Shown here: in pieces, positions 41,490 to 53,945 of the stretch
Position numbering within the stretch: position 1 is the stretch's first letter
Layout: each line of letters starts with the position of its first letter
Assembly: GCA_963705105.1 (NCBI GenBank)
Contig: CAVPIW010000010.1
Span: forward strand, 32,001 to 96,000
Length of the DNA: 64,000 nucleotides
Source of the DNA: an uncultured Nitrospiraceae bacterium
Lineage (GTDB): Bacteria > Nitrospirota > Thermodesulfovibrionia > Thermodesulfovibrionales > Dissulfurispiraceae
Reading direction: 5' to 3'
Made by a program: the position numbers and the translations under genes
The notes under the pieces: generated by a model
Database searches by the model: none
The model's input: only the letters and a program-made list of their open reading frames with translations
Told to the model about the DNA's origin: nothing

Positions 41490-42950
41490 TCAGCGGCCCT
41501 CTGCCTGCACCGTCAGGTAGATCGATGAGCCGTTCCGGTGGACGTGGAGAAGGATATCGCGCCCCTCCTTGATTTTCGACACCGTCGCCAGGTAATCCTT
41601 CACGTTCCGCGTCGCTTTGCGCTCCACCTCCATGATGATGTCGTTTCTCTTCAGCAGGCCGGCGGCAGGGGCGTCTTCGCTGATTGCCGTGACAATGACC
41701 CCGTTGACTTTTCTTGCGACGCCGAGGCGCTTCCGCGACTCCGGCGTCAGGTCCTGGACGCTCACTCCCCTGAGGTTGTTTCCGACTGACGGCGCGCTTG
41801 TCCGGGCCTCCTGCGGGATTTCGGTTATGGTCGTTTTGACCGTCACGGGCTTTCCGTCCCTCAGCAGTTTGATGACCACTTCCTTGCCCGGGGCGGTCGT
41901 TGCAACCATGTTCCTCAGGGCCGGGGCGTCGCCGAACTCTTTGCCCCCGTACTCGGTGATCACGTCACCCCTCCTGATGCCCGCTTTCTCCGCAGGACTG
42001 CCCCCGACGACATCCCCGACGAGGGCGCCATTGTCCCCCCTGACGCCGAGCTGATTCGCGATCTCCGGCGTGATGGGCTGCATCGAAACACCGAGATATC
42101 CCCGGACGACGCGGCCCTTCTTGACGAGGTTGTCCATGACGACCCGTGCCATGTTGCTCGGGATGGCGAAACCGATGCCCTGGTACCCCCCGGACGTGCT
42201 GAATATGGCGGTGTTGATACCCACCAGCTCTCCCCGGACATTGATGAGGGCGCCCCCGGAGTTTCCGGGATTGATGGGCGCATCGGTCTGGATGAAGTCC
42301 TCATAATCGGCGATGCCCACATTGGCGCGGCCCGTGGCGCTGACGATGCCCGAGGTGACGGTCTGATTGAGGCCGAAGGGATTGCCGATGGCGATCACCA
42401 TCTCGCCCACCCTTAGCCTGTCGGAATCTCCGAGCTTGACGGACGGCAGCCGGTTCGAGTCGATCTTTATGACGGCGATGTCCGTCTTGGGGTCCGTGCC
42501 GACCAGCTTTCCCTTGAATTCCCTCTTGTCGGACAGCCGTATCCTTATGTCATCAGCGCCCTTGACGACGTGGTTGTTCGTCAGGATGAAGCCGTCACGG
42601 TCGACGATGACGCCCGAACCGAGGTGCATCTGCCGGCGCTCCTGCTGACGGTCCTGGTTCCGTGACTCGTCTCCGAAGAACCTCCGGAACATGGGGTCAT
42701 CGAAAAATTGAGACGACTGCCGGGACTTCACTTTTCTGGACGTCGAGATGTTCACGACAGCGGGCTTGACTGCGGCGGCAACCTCGGCGAGGGCCTGGTT
42801 CGTCCGCGTCAGGATGTCGATCGACTCCTTCGAGATCTTCGGCTCCTCCACGGCCCCGGCAATCCCTGCGCCATGCCATGAATCAGTGACAGACAGCATG
42901 CACGAGAGCAACAGTACGAGCACGGCAACCTGTTGTGTAACCCTCTTCAT
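41490..42950 (-). CDS. DegP/DegQ (HtrA) serine protease with two PDZ domains
   Basis: LTNNHVV, TDIAV, INPGNSGG; ATG 42950 after GGAGG. Confidence 0.94.
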   Translation of the reverse strand: MKRVTQQVAVLVLLLSCMLSVTDSWHGAGIAGAVEEPKISKESIDILTRTNQALAEVAAAVKPAVVNISTSRKVKSRQSSQFFDDPMFRRFFGDESRNQDRQQERRQMHLGSGVIVDRDGFILTNNHVVKGADDIRIRLSDKREFKGKLVGTDPKTDIAVIKIDSNRLPSVKLGDSDRLRVGEMVIAIGNPFGLNQTVTSGIVSATGRANVGIADYEDFIQTDAPINPGNSGGALINVRGELVGINTAIFSTSGGYQGIGFAIPSNMARVVMDNLVKKGRVVRGYLGVSMQPITPEIANQLGVRGDNGALVGDVVGGSPAEKAGIRRGDVITEYGGKEFGDAPALRNMVATTAPGKEVVIKLLRDGKPVTVKTTITEIPQEARTSAPSVGNNLRGVSVQDLTPESRKRLGVARKVNGVIVTAISEDAPAAGLLKRNDIIMEVERKATRNVKDYLATVSKIKEGRDILLHVHRNGSSIYLTVQAEGR

Positions 42951-42975
42951 ATCGTTTCCCTCCGTAAAAACACAA

Positions 42976-43150
42976 TTATTTAAACCGGAAATCAAACAGA
43001 TGAACCGTACCATAAAACTACTTTCATGTCATTCCTGTTTGTCGCCAATCTTTCTAAGAAGGATCCCGGACAAGCCGGGATGACAAATACAGAAATGGAG
43101 CATGTTACCTTGCTATACTATCGATCTCCTTGGTAATTGCCGGGTAATAA
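42976..43150. repeat. Degenerate family C element
   Basis: TGTCATTCC...GGATCCCGGACAAGCCGGGATGACA; ends AATTGCCGGGTAAT. Confidence 0.72.
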
Positions 43151-43182
43151 TCAACCTCAATGCTGCAAACGCCGGACCAAAA

Positions 43183-43509
43183 GGGTGGGGCGAAGATGCC
43201 ACCGTAACAGTCATCAAGTCATTGAGTCATTGAGTTATTGAGTCACTGGTAGCCGACAGTCTGCACCAAGCCACGAACGCACGACGGGAAGGCTGATGTG
43301 GCGAAAAGCCTTTCCGCTAAGATACCTTATTGATCCCCAGACCACCCTTTGCCGTGTCGATCGATGCCAAAAGCCCGTGAGGCAACAGGCGCTGAACACC
43401 TCGATATTATCATCGCATTGGAAAGGCTTTGAACCATATCTGCCTTCCCGGAGGTAGCGTCACTATCAGCAAGGCTTTGAGGCACTCTGTCCCGCCTTTT
43501 CATGCAACT
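43183..43509. repeat. Composite: A-left / 8-mer tandem / B core / A-right
   Basis: Near-identical to 48996-49222 over the B core and right arm. Confidence 0.92.
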
Positions 43510-43561
43510 GCAAAGTTATCTCACGCAAAGCCGCAAAGATCGCAAAGATCGGCAGTGACTT

Positions 43562-43665
43562 AATCAACCCAATCAACCCAATCAACCCAATCAACCCAAT
43601 CAACCCAATCAACTCAATCAACTCAATCGACTTAATGACTCAATGACTTAATGACTCAATGACTT
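43562..43665. repeat. 9-mer (AATCAACCC) array grading into 8-mer (AATGACTY) array
   Basis: 5x AATCAACCC, 2x AATCAACTC, AATCGACTT, 4x AATGACT(C/T). Confidence 0.92.
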
Positions 43666-44816
43666 GTCTTTTCGGTGATGTCCTTGTCCAGCCTGTCTAT
43701 GCGCACCTCCTGCAGCAGGGAAATGAAACGATCCGATCCGATCGGGTTGTCCCGCATGCCGAAAAGATGGGTCCTGCAGGAGCAGTCCGATGACCCGAAA
43801 CCGGGCACTGACCAGTCGGCGATGTTCTCCATCATACCCGCAATGGCGCATTCGAGACGGGCCGTTCCCCGCACAGGCAGGGCCGCCACGAACCGGGTCT
43901 CCTTCCGGAGGTAGTCGATATGCCAGCGCAGCGTCTTTCGCACGCGCCTGTGACGTTCAATCCTGGCGGTCAGGTTTCTCCGTCCCGACCCCACATAGAT
44001 ATAATAGCCCTCCGGGAAGTCGATCGCACCGCGGTCACCGATGACGATCTTTCCGGGATGTTCCCGACGGAGGATGACGAGGTAGCTGCCCTCGTCACGG
44101 GCCTCACGGCCGATGACGTCCCAGGGAATATCGAGCGTGCGGACATCGTCGCCGAGGGTCAGGTCCTCTTTCCAGCGAACAGCGATGGCCCGTATCAGGA
44201 TATCATTCCTTAATTCGTACAGGGTCCGGGAAAAATCAAAGTCAGTATGGTAATCGGGCATGAAGTATCGCACATGGGGTGAATGGACGAGAAAAAGCAC
44301 GCCGCCTTTCGTTCCTCGTTCCTTCAGACCGGCCAGTTCCACGAGATGCCTCCGACCCCTTTCCGTCACCGCATCGGGAAACATAGCAATCTCCCTGCCA
44401 AAAAGGGTGCATGACTTCACCTCCAGGACGAGGTCTTCCCGGTCGTCACGGAGCAGAAAGTCGAACCGGCTGCTGCCCATGGAGACCTCCCGCCTCACGA
44501 CACGATACCCCTCGAAGCCGGGCAGCATCCCCTTGCGTATGAGAAGATCGGCGACGCTGTTTGTTTGATGCGTGTGAAGCATGACGGGGGAACCGTCGCG
44601 GTCGACGGCGATGCAGGTGTGGGACAACATGCCGTCGCGGCGCGCATTTTCGACAATATGGACGGTCCTGCCCGGGAGGAGCAGATCCCGGAGCCTCCCG
44701 GGGTTGGGGAGATAGGCCCGAACGGTCTTCCCCTGCACGTCGCACTCTATGACAAACCGGTTCGGCCTCCGGAGAAAAAGGGCATTCTGGGCTGTATCGA
44801 ATAGTTTCATGGTCAT
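43656..44816 (-). CDS. sfsA: SfsA nuclease fused to a C-terminal GIY-YIG (DUF123-like) domain
   Basis: RRPNRF, PNPGRL, SRFDFLL, EVKSCTL, FPDAVTERG; then GSY...YIYVGS...RIERH...WHIDYL...GFGSSDCSCRTHL. Confidence 0.88.
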   Translation of the reverse strand: MTMKLFDTAQNALFLRRPNRFVIECDVQGKTVRAYLPNPGRLRDLLLPGRTVHIVENARRDGMLSHTCIAVDRDGSPVMLHTHQTNSVADLLIRKGMLPGFEGYRVVRREVSMGSSRFDFLLRDDREDLVLEVKSCTLFGREIAMFPDAVTERGRRHLVELAGLKERGTKGGVLFLVHSPHVRYFMPDYHTDFDFSRTLYELRNDILIRAIAVRWKEDLTLGDDVRTLDIPWDVIGREARDEGSYLVILRREHPGKIVIGDRGAIDFPEGYYIYVGSGRRNLTARIERHRRVRKTLRWHIDYLRKETRFVAALPVRGTARLECAIAGMMENIADWSVPGFGSSDCSCRTHLFGMRDNPIGSDRFISLLQEVRIDRLDKDITEKTSH

Positions 44817-44875
44817 TAAGTTACTGTATCATTGGTCGGCGTCCGACGGTTGTTACCAGGCCAAGAATATGCGGG

Positions 44876-45245
44876 CGGGAAGGCTGATGTGGTGAAAAGC
44901 CTTTCCGCTAAGATACCTTATTCGTCACCGGACCACACTTTGCCGTGTCTATTGATGACAAAAGCCCGTCAGGCAACAGGCGCTGAACACCTTGAGATGA
45001 CATATTTCTTCATAGGCCCGACCGAAAGCGGGGTGAATGCGCCGAAAAGCATCGGTGCTGCGAAACCGCTGCCGTCCCGTACAGACCATTTCGGGCTGGC
45101 GGCTGAAAAAAGGTGAACCTTTTGCTGACACTCACACTGCCACTGACACTGTTTTTCAGAGCGCTTCGCCCCGCCTTTCGGCGCATCTGCCAAAATGGTC
45201 CTCATCATCGCATTGGAAAGGCTTTGCACCATATCTGCCTTCCCG
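44876..45245. repeat. Nested composite: B-left / A variant with 6-mer tandem / B-right
   Basis: Same split point in B as at 40985-41433, with a different A core. Confidence 0.9.
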
Positions 45246-45354
45246 GCGCCAACGAATATGGAGGGTCAGCACACCGCACCGGGAAAGAAGAGGGCGAAGA
45301 CCGCCGCCGCGGCCTTCGCCCCATTTTCCGCCGACGCACCCGCCGCTGCGGTCT

Positions 45355-46623
<1,269 letters not shown>

Positions 46624-47775
46624 TTAGAGACCGGCATCCTGCCGCAGTGTCTCGGCCATGTCCGTCCGTTCCCAGGTGAAGTCGGCGTCGTTGCGGCCGA
46701 AATGACCATAGGCCGCGGTCTTCTTGTAGATCGGCCTCCTCAGGTCCAGGTGATCGATGATCCCCTTCGGCGTGAGGTTGAAATTTTTCCTGATGAGCGG
46801 GACGATCCTGTCGTCGGCGATCTTTCCCGTTCCGAAGGTGTCCACAAAAATGGAGACCGGCTCGGGGATGCCGATGGCGTAGGCGATCTGCACCTCGACC
46901 CTCCCGGCTATGCCGGCGGCAACAATGTTCTTTGCGATGTAGCGCGACATGTAGGAGCCGGAACGGTCCACCTTCGTCGGGTCCTTCCCGGAGAAGCACC
47001 CTCCGCCGTGACTCCCCACACCGCCGTAGGTGTCGACGATGATCTTCCTGCCCGTGAGACCCGTGTCGCCCATGGGACCGCCGATCACAAAACGTCCCGT
47101 CGGGTTGATGTGATAGGTGATCCTCTCTTCGTTCAGCAGGTCCTTCGGCACGACAGGCTTGATCACCTTATCGATGATGTCTTCGCGCAACTCCTTCAGG
47201 GTGACGTCGGGGCTGTGCTGGGACGAGATGACGATGGTGTCGACACGCACGGGCCTGCCGTCGCGGTATTCGATGGTCACCTGCGTCTTGCCGTCGGGCC
47301 TGAGATAGCCGAGGACGTCCTTCTTCCTCACCTCGCTGAGGCGCATGGCAAGTTTGTGGGCGAGCATGATGGGCAGCGGCATCAGCTCCGGCGTTTCATT
47401 GCAGGCGAAGCCGAACATGAGACCCTGGTCGCCGGCGCCTCCCGGATCGACGCCCATGGCGATGTCGCCGGACTGCTCATGGATGGAGGTGATGACGGCG
47501 CAGGTCTCGTAATCGAAACCGTATTTCGCCCTCGTATAGCCGATGTCCCTGATCGTTTCGCGCACGATTGAGGGAATGTCCACATAGCATGTCGTCGAGA
47601 TCTCCCCGGCGACAAAGGCGAGGCCCGTCGTCACGATCGCCTCGCAGGCCACCCGTGAATTCTTGTCCTGGCCGATGATGGAATCGAGAATGGCGTCCGA
47701 TATCTGGTCCGAGATCTTGTCCGGATGCCCCTCCGTGACAGACTCAGAGGTAAAGAAATAATCCCTTCCGTTCAT
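46624..47775 (-). CDS. metK: S-adenosylmethionine synthetase
   Basis: [28 protein letters not shown]; the long N-terminal ORF extension overlaps asd. Confidence 0.97.
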   Translation of the reverse strand: MNGRDYFFTSESVTEGHPDKISDQISDAILDSIIGQDKNSRVACEAIVTTGLAFVAGEISTTCYVDIPSIVRETIRDIGYTRAKYGFDYETCAVITSIHEQSGDIAMGVDPGGAGDQGLMFGFACNETPELMPLPIMLAHKLAMRLSEVRKKDVLGYLRPDGKTQVTIEYRDGRPVRVDTIVISSQHSPDVTLKELREDIIDKVIKPVVPKDLLNEERITYHINPTGRFVIGGPMGDTGLTGRKIIVDTYGGVGSHGGGCFSGKDPTKVDRSGSYMSRYIAKNIVAAGIAGRVEVQIAYAIGIPEPVSIFVDTFGTGKIADDRIVPLIRKNFNLTPKGIIDHLDLRRPIYKKTAAYGHFGRNDADFTWERTDMAETLRQDAGL

Positions 47776-47792
47776 CCTCTCGCGCACCTCCC

Positions 47793-48806
47793 TTATTTGA
47801 TGAGTTCTTCGGCGATCTGCACGGCGTTGAGGGCCGCCCCTTTTCTCAGGTTGTCGGAAACGACCCACATGTTGATCCCATTTTCTATCGATTCGTCCTC
47901 CCGGATCCTTCCGACGTAGACGTCGTCCTTGCCCGCCACGTCGATGGGCAGGGGGTAGACGTTTTTCTCGGGAGCATCGAAGACGGTGATCCCCGGGCTT
48001 TTGGCCAGCAATGAGCGGACCTCGTTGGGCGTAAGCTTCTTCGCCGTCTCGATGTTGACCGATTCGGAATGGCCCTTGAAAACGGGAACGCGCACCGTCG
48101 TCGCCGTCACCCCGATCGAATCGTCGCCCATGATCTTCCTGGTCTCGTTGACCATCTTCATCTCTTCCTTCGTGTAGCCGTTCTCGAGGAACTTGTCGAT
48201 GTGAGGCAGCACGTTGAAGGCGATCTGGTGGGGATAGACGTTCTTCTGTATTTCCTTGAAGCTGAGAAGGTCCGTCGTCTGCTGGAGCAATTCGTCCATG
48301 GCCTTCATGCCCGTCCCCGACACGGCCTGGAAGGTCGTGACGACGACACGCTTTATCTTTGCCGCATCGTGGATCGGCTTCAGGGCCACGACCATCTGGA
48401 TGGTCGAGCAGTTGGGGTTCGCGATGATCCCCTTGTGCCACTTCAGGTCGTGGGTGTTCACCTCAGGGACGACGAGAGGCACTTCAGGGTCCATGCGCCA
48501 CTGGCTCGAGTTGTCGATGACGACGCAGCCCGAGCGGGCCGCAACGGGGGCCCAAATCCTCGAACGCTCCGCTCCCGCGGAAAAGAGGGCGATGTCGATC
48601 CCCTTGAACGAGTCGTCATTCAGCGTCTCCACGGGGATCTGGCTCCCTTCGAATTCGAGGGTCTTGCCCTCGGACCTCTCCGAGGCGAACAGCCTCAGCT
48701 TGCCGACGGGGAAATTCCTCCCCTCCAGCACGGCGATCATTTCGTTTCCCACGGCGCCCGTCGCACCGACGACGGCAACGACATACTTCTCCTTCTTCTT
48801 CAGCAT
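47793..48806 (-). CDS. asd: Aspartate-semialdehyde dehydrogenase
   Basis: [28 protein letters not shown]. Confidence 0.97.
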   Translation of the reverse strand: MLKKKEKYVVAVVGATGAVGNEMIAVLEGRNFPVGKLRLFASERSEGKTLEFEGSQIPVETLNDDSFKGIDIALFSAGAERSRIWAPVAARSGCVVIDNSSQWRMDPEVPLVVPEVNTHDLKWHKGIIANPNCSTIQMVVALKPIHDAAKIKRVVVTTFQAVSGTGMKAMDELLQQTTDLLSFKEIQKNVYPHQIAFNVLPHIDKFLENGYTKEEMKMVNETRKIMGDDSIGVTATTVRVPVFKGHSESVNIETAKKLTPNEVRSLLAKSPGITVFDAPEKNVYPLPIDVAGKDDVYVGRIREDESIENGINMWVVSDNLRKGAALNAVQIAEELIK

Positions 48807-48890
48807 TTCCCGCTCCTCTCATCGGCTGCGGATCGCCGCGTTTCGCAGTTCACAGCAGCCTGTTTGTATAGATCAGCATCAGTTTATAAA

Positions 48891-49222
48891 CCTTATCGTT
48901 GCAATAGGACATCCGGAAAGGCGGGGCAAAGATGCCTCTAAACAGTAGACAATAGACAGTCGACAATAAACAGGAACCAAAGACAAAGGCATGGCGGGAA
49001 GGCTGATGTGGCGAAAAGCCTTTCCGCTAAGATACCTTATTGATCCCCAGACCACCCTTTGCCGTGTCGATCGATGCCAAAAGCCCGTGAGGCAACAGGC
49101 GCTGAACACCTCGATATGTCGTATCATCGCATTGGAAAGGCTTTGAACCATATCTGCCTTCCCGGAGGTAGCGTCACTATCAGCAAGGCTTTGAGGCACT
49201 TTGTCCCGCCTTTTCATGCAAC
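48891..49222. repeat. Composite: A-left / heptamer-like spacer / B core / A-right
   Basis: CCTTATCGTTGCAA...GGAAAGGCGGGG, B core 48996-49164, CCCGCCTTTTCATGCAAC. Confidence 0.92.
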
Positions 49223-49237
49223 TGGAAGGTAAAGTCT

Positions 49238-50305
49238 TCAGATTTCACCGACCAGTTTTGCAACAAGGTCACCCACCTCAGACGTGGTGTATCCCATGCT
49301 GCCTGCGGCGAGGCTCTTGATGTGCTTGCCCGTCACCTCCATGACCGCCCGCTCGACGGTCTTGCCCGCGGCGTCTTCACCGAGGTTTTCGAGCATCAGC
49401 CCGCCGGCGCAGATGGCAGCCAGGGGATTGATGATGTTCAGGCCCGTGTATTTGGGGGCCGACCCGCCGATGGGTTCGAACATGGACACGCCCCGGGGGT
49501 TGATGTTGCCGCCCGCGGCGATGCCCATCCCTCCCTGGATCATGGCGCCCAGGTCGGTGATGATGTCGCCGAACATGTTGTCCGTCACGATGACGTCGAA
49601 CCATTCAGGGTTCTTCACGAACCACATGGTGGTGGCGTCGACATGCGCGTAATCGACCTTTATGCCGGGATACTCTTTCGCGACCTCATAAAACACCCGT
49701 TCCCACAGGTCGAATGCATAGGTGAGCACATTCGTCTTGCCGCAGAGAGTGAGCTTATTGCCCTTGTTTCTCTTCCTGCAGAACTCGAAGGCGAAGCGGA
49801 TGCACCGCTCCACACCCTTCCTCGTGTTGATCGACTCCTGCACGGCGACCTCATCGGGGGTGCCTTTCTTCAGCACGCCCCCGGCGCCCGCATAGAGTCC
49901 CTCGGTGTTTTCCCGGATGACGACGAAGTCGATGTCCTCGGGTCCCTTGTCCTTCAGGGGGCAGTCGACACCGGGGAAGAGTTTGACGGGCCTGAGATTG
50001 ATGTACTGGTCAAGCTCGAACCGCAGCCGCAGGAGTATACCCTTTTCGAGGATGCCGGGCTTCACATCGGGGTGACCTATGGCGCCGAGAAATATAGCCT
50101 GGAATTTGCTCAAATCGCTCACGGCGCTGTCGGGCAGGACCTCGCCCGTTCTCAGGTACCGGTCGCCGCCGAAATCGAACTCCTGCAGATTCATGGTAAA
50201 ACCGAAGCGATCGGCCGCGGCCCGGAGGACCTTCAGTCCCTCCGCCACGACTTCGGGACCTGTCCCGTCGCCCGGAATAACCGCAATATCGTAGGCCTTG
50301 CTCAT
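49238..50305 (-). CDS. leuB: 3-isopropylmalate dehydrogenase
   Basis: [39 protein letters not shown]. Confidence 0.93.
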   Translation of the reverse strand: MSKAYDIAVIPGDGTGPEVVAEGLKVLRAAADRFGFTMNLQEFDFGGDRYLRTGEVLPDSAVSDLSKFQAIFLGAIGHPDVKPGILEKGILLRLRFELDQYINLRPVKLFPGVDCPLKDKGPEDIDFVVIRENTEGLYAGAGGVLKKGTPDEVAVQESINTRKGVERCIRFAFEFCRKRNKGNKLTLCGKTNVLTYAFDLWERVFYEVAKEYPGIKVDYAHVDATTMWFVKNPEWFDVIVTDNMFGDIITDLGAMIQGGMGIAAGGNINPRGVSMFEPIGGSAPKYTGLNIINPLAAICAGGLMLENLGEDAAGKTVERAVMEVTGKHIKSLAAGSMGYTTSEVGDLVAKLVGEI

Positions 50306-50808
50306 GCTGCCGCTCCTTTGCCGATTTTTTTCCTGGTCCACTCGATCAGTCCGCCTGAGGCGATGAGCTCCTGCATGAAGGGCGGGATCGGCTTGACCGT
50401 GTAGTGTTCGCCGGACGAGAGATTCCTGATGACGCCTTTGTCTGCGTCGATCTCGACGGTGTCTCCCTCGCGGATTTTTTCAGACCCGTCGGCGGACTCG
50501 AAGATGGGTAAACCTATATTGAAGGAGTTCCGGTAGAAGATCCTCGCAAAACTCTTCGCAATGACAGCCTGGATGCCGGCGGCCTTGATCGCGATCGGGG
50601 CATGCTCCCGCGACGACCCGCAGCCGAAGTTCTTCCCCGCCACGAGAATGTCTCCCCCCTTGACCTTGCGGGGGAATTCGCTGTCGGCGTCCTCCATGAC
50701 ATGGGATGCGAGCTCGGCGGGATCGGAGGTATTCAGGTATCGTGCCGGGATGATCGCGTCGGTATCGACATCGTCTCCGAATCTCCAGGTTCTCCCTTTC
50801 AGTAACAT
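50302..50808 (-). CDS. leuD: 3-isopropylmalate dehydratase small subunit
   Basis: [29 protein letters not shown]. Confidence 0.95.
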   Translation of the reverse strand: MLLKGRTWRFGDDVDTDAIIPARYLNTSDPAELASHVMEDADSEFPRKVKGGDILVAGKNFGCGSSREHAPIAIKAAGIQAVIAKSFARIFYRNSFNIGLPIFESADGSEKIREGDTVEIDADKGVIRNLSSGEHYTVKPIPPFMQELIASGGLIEWTRKKIGKGAAA

Positions 50809-50889
50809 GGCGCCTCCTTGAAGACCTTTGCTTTCTGTAAAGCTATATTTTAAACTTATTATTATATATTCCCTTTGCGAATAAATTCC

Positions 50890-51870
50890 ATGGAAAAAGT
50901 CCTCATCCTCCTCGGTCCCACGGGCGTCGGGAAAACAGGTCTTTCCCTCACGATGGCGGAGCATCTGAAGACCGAGATCATCGGCGCAGATTCGATGCAG
51001 GTCTACCGGTTCATGGATATCGGGACGGCGAAGCCTTCGGTGGAAGAGCGGGCTGCTGTGAGGCACCACGTGATCGATATCATCGACCCCTGGGAGAGGT
51101 TCAGCACCGGCCAGTACATCAAGTCCGCCGGCCTGATCATTGACCGGCTCATCGGAGAGGGGAAGATACCCCTCGTTGTCGGGGGGACGGGTCTCTATAT
51201 CAAGGCAATGACAAGGGGCATCTTTGCGGGTCCCTCCGCCGACTGGACCCTGAGGCACTCCCTGGAGGAACGGGAGAGCAAAGATCCGGGCTCGCTCCAC
51301 GCGTACCTTCAGGCCCTCGATTCCAACGCAGCATCACGGATCAATGCGACCGACATCAGGAGGATCGTCAGGGCCGTGGAGGTCTGCCTCCGGGGCGGGC
51401 GGTCGATCTCGGAGCTCCATGCCGCCTCCACGCGACCCCTGCCCTATGAGTTTCTGAAAATCGGCATCACGAGGGACCGGTCAGAGCTGTACCGCATGAT
51501 CGAAGAGCGGGTGGACCTGATGATCCGGCAGGGCCTGGTCGGCGAGGTAAAGGCCGTGATGGCGCGGATTGAGGCTCACGGGGGGGCAGGCTATGATATC
51601 ACGAAACTCTCATCGATGCAGGCGATCGGGTACAAGGAAATCGCTCTTTATCTTTCAGGCGAAATCGGGATTGACGAGGCGGTGCATCTTGTCAAGAAGA
51701 GAACGAAAATGTACGCGAAGCGTCAGTACACCTGGTTCAGGAAGGAGGAGGGCATTCACTGGGTGGACGTGACGGGCATCCTCGACCCCGCCGGGATGTG
51801 GAAAAAGGTCTCACCTGTCCTTGCCGATCATCCTTATCATTGCAATGGGATATCCGGAAAGGCGGGGTGA
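50890..51870 (+). CDS. miaA: tRNA dimethylallyltransferase
   Basis: [39 protein letters not shown]. Confidence 0.96.
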   Translation: MEKVLILLGPTGVGKTGLSLTMAEHLKTEIIGADSMQVYRFMDIGTAKPSVEERAAVRHHVIDIIDPWERFSTGQYIKSAGLIIDRLIGEGKIPLVVGGTGLYIKAMTRGIFAGPSADWTLRHSLEERESKDPGSLHAYLQALDSNAASRINATDIRRIVRAVEVCLRGGRSISELHAASTRPLPYEFLKIGITRDRSELYRMIEERVDLMIRQGLVGEVKAVMARIEAHGGAGYDITKLSSMQAIGYKEIALYLSGEIGIDEAVHLVKKRTKMYAKRQYTWFRKEEGIHWVDVTGILDPAGMWKKVSPVLADHPYHCNGISGKAG

Positions 51871-52036
51871 ATGCGCCGAAAAGCCTCGGTGCTGCGAAAC
51901 CTTTGCAGTCCCGTACAGACCATTTCGGGCTAAAGGTCGATGACACAAAGGAGGAATTCCCGATACACCAATAATAAACGATCACACTCGCTATCAGCGA
52001 GGCTCTGAGGCGCTTCGCCCCGCCTTTTCATGCAAC
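51832..52036. repeat. Family A element overlapping the miaA 3' end
   Basis: CCTTATCATTGCAA...GGAAAGGCGGGG...CCCCGCCTTTTCATGCAAC. Confidence 0.92.
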
Positions 52037-52043
52037 GACAAAG

Positions 52044-53063
52044 CTATCTCTTTCTCACAAGCTCCGAAAAGAGCCGGTCATAAAACTCCTGGTCGATGGC
52101 GAGGTCGACCTCCAGGGTAAGGAACCGCGCCGGCACGGTGAAGTCCCTCACTTTCACCATGTCCTTTTCGGTGGTCACGAAGAACTCGGCCTTTCTTTCC
52201 TTCCCTTTTTCGACAATCTCGTCGATATCGGCCTTTGTGTAGCGGTGATGGTCCCGGTATGCCCGGAAGCCTGCCAGGTCCCGGCAGAACACCTGCACCG
52301 TCTGCCTGAACGATTCGGCATTTGCGATGCCGCAGAAGGCGAAGACCCGTTTTCCTGCCAGGATGTCGGGGGACACCATGTTCCCCCAGGTGTCCTTCAA
52401 TCCCCTGACGGCGTATCTTGCGAGGAAGGCGGGCGCCCGAGGATTGATCGCCCGCAGTTTTGCATCGAGACTGCTGTTGCGTGCCTTCGTGATAAGGAAT
52501 ATGTCGGCATCAGCCAGCTCCCCGACAGGACCGCGCAACCGCCCCAGGGGGAGCAGCCTGCCGTTGCCGAAGGGATTGATGCCGTCGAGGAGCACGACAT
52601 CGACGTCCCGGTAGAGCCGCCAGTGCTGAAACCCGTCATCGAGGATGAAGAGGACAGGTTTCGCGGGATGTCCCAGCGACTGGAGGGCGAAGGCGCCGCC
52701 TTCGAAGCGGTCGGCGCATTTCACGACGGGCACGTCTCCCAGCCTCGCGGCGATGAGAACCGGCTCGTCACCGGCATCGTCGACGAGTGAGGAGAAGGTC
52801 TCTCCCTTCTGTGACGGCGTCGATGAAACGAAGAAAGGACCTTTTCTCTTGCCGCCATATCCCCGCGTCAGGACGACGGGGCTGTATCCCCGTTTCTTCG
52901 CCTCCGTTGCGACGGCGATCGTCGCGGGGGTCTTGCCGGTGCCGCCTGTCGTGATGTTGCCGATGCTGACGACCCTGACGGGGAGCCTCTTTTGGTTTCT
53001 GATGGCCCGGCGTTTCTTGAGGGAGTATCCGGCGTAGTAGAGAAATTCGATGACGTTCATCAT
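52044..53063 (-). CDS. lpxK: Tetraacyldisaccharide 4'-kinase
   Basis: GNITTGGTGKTP, TRGYG, GDEP, LDDGFQH, TTEKD. Confidence 0.95.
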   Translation of the reverse strand: MMNVIEFLYYAGYSLKKRRAIRNQKRLPVRVVSIGNITTGGTGKTPATIAVATEAKKRGYSPVVLTRGYGGKRKGPFFVSSTPSQKGETFSSLVDDAGDEPVLIAARLGDVPVVKCADRFEGGAFALQSLGHPAKPVLFILDDGFQHWRLYRDVDVVLLDGINPFGNGRLLPLGRLRGPVGELADADIFLITKARNSSLDAKLRAINPRAPAFLARYAVRGLKDTWGNMVSPDILAGKRVFAFCGIANAESFRQTVQVFCRDLAGFRAYRDHHRYTKADIDEIVEKGKERKAEFFVTTEKDMVKVRDFTVPARFLTLEVDLAIDQEFYDRLFSELVRKR

Positions 53064-53085
53064 ACATTAAAAACAAAACCCCTGA

Positions 53086-53188
53086 AAGAAAGCAAAAGTG
53101 GCAGTGTGAGTGAGAATGAAAGGGAATGACAAGAGTGACATTGACAGTCCTTCGGGTTATGAAGAAAGCAAAAGTGGCAGTGTGAGTG
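53086..53188. repeat. 27-bp direct repeat pair with GTGTGA-type motif
   Basis: AAGAAAGCAAAAGTGGCAGTGTGAGTG at 53086 and 53162. Confidence 0.85.
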
Positions 53189-53269
53189 CGGGTGTGAAAA
53201 AGACGGTTCGTCCTCATGCCCCATCCGCGTCAAGGCGAAGAGTTGGTATAATGGAGTGAAGGAGCTGAA

Positions 53270-53554
53270 ATGAATGCAGTCGAAATACTCAAGAAGAATG
53301 AGATAAGAATAAAGCAGCAGTACCAGGTAAAGTCAATCGGCGTATTCGGGTCTTTTGCAAGGGGGGAAGAGACAGAAGGGAGCGATGTCGATGTCCTCGT
53401 TGAGTTCTACGAGGGAGCAAAGAAATTTGATAATTTCATGGATCTGAAGTTTTTCCTTGAAGACCTTTTCGGAAGAAAGGTCGACCTGGTAACAACTGCT
53501 GCGCTGAGGCCTCAACTGAAGGAAAACATACTGAGGGAGGTGCAATACGCATAG
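53270..53554 (+). CDS. Minimal nucleotidyltransferase (MntA-type antitoxin)
   Basis: FGSFARGEETEGSDVD (GSx10DxD); AAGGAG RBS; TGGTATAAT extended -10 at 53244-53252. Confidence 0.92.
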   Translation: MNAVEILKKNEIRIKQQYQVKSIGVFGSFARGEETEGSDVDVLVEFYEGAKKFDNFMDLKFFLEDLFGRKVDLVTTAALRPQLKENILREVQYA

Positions 53555-53888
53555 AAGCATTCACCTCTATCTTGAGGATATCATTGAATCCGTCAACAGG
53601 ATTACGCGATATGTCGGGGACTCCGCCCCGGACGACATTAGAAAGGACGACATGCGCCTTGATGCAATAATTCGCAACTTCGAAATAATCGGTGAAGCGG
53701 CGAGCAAGGTGCCCGAAGACCTACGCAGAAAATACCCTTCCGTTGAGTGGCGTAAGATCGCAGACTTCAGGAACGTTCTTGCCCATCATTAATTTGGCAT
53801 TGATTATGAGATCATGTGGGATATAATCAAAACGAAACTCCCGCCTTTGAGAGAAGGCATTCTGTCGATTATTGAGAAAGAGAAATGA
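53547..53888 (+). pseudogene. HEPN (HepT/DUF86) toxin pseudogene
   Basis: My translation: (ACG)HRSIHLYLEDI...IRNFEIIGEA...WRKIADFRNVLAHH(TAA)FGIDYEIMWDII... Confidence 0.88.
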
Positions 53889-53945
53889 TACTCAACTGAT
53901 GAAGAAAGGCCGGTGCAGACGTTGCGTCCGCACCGGCCGGGGGGA

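Noticed and set aside
47776..48441. N-terminal extension of the 605-aa MetK ORF
   Set aside because: It overlaps asd in another frame; MetK homology starts at 47775.
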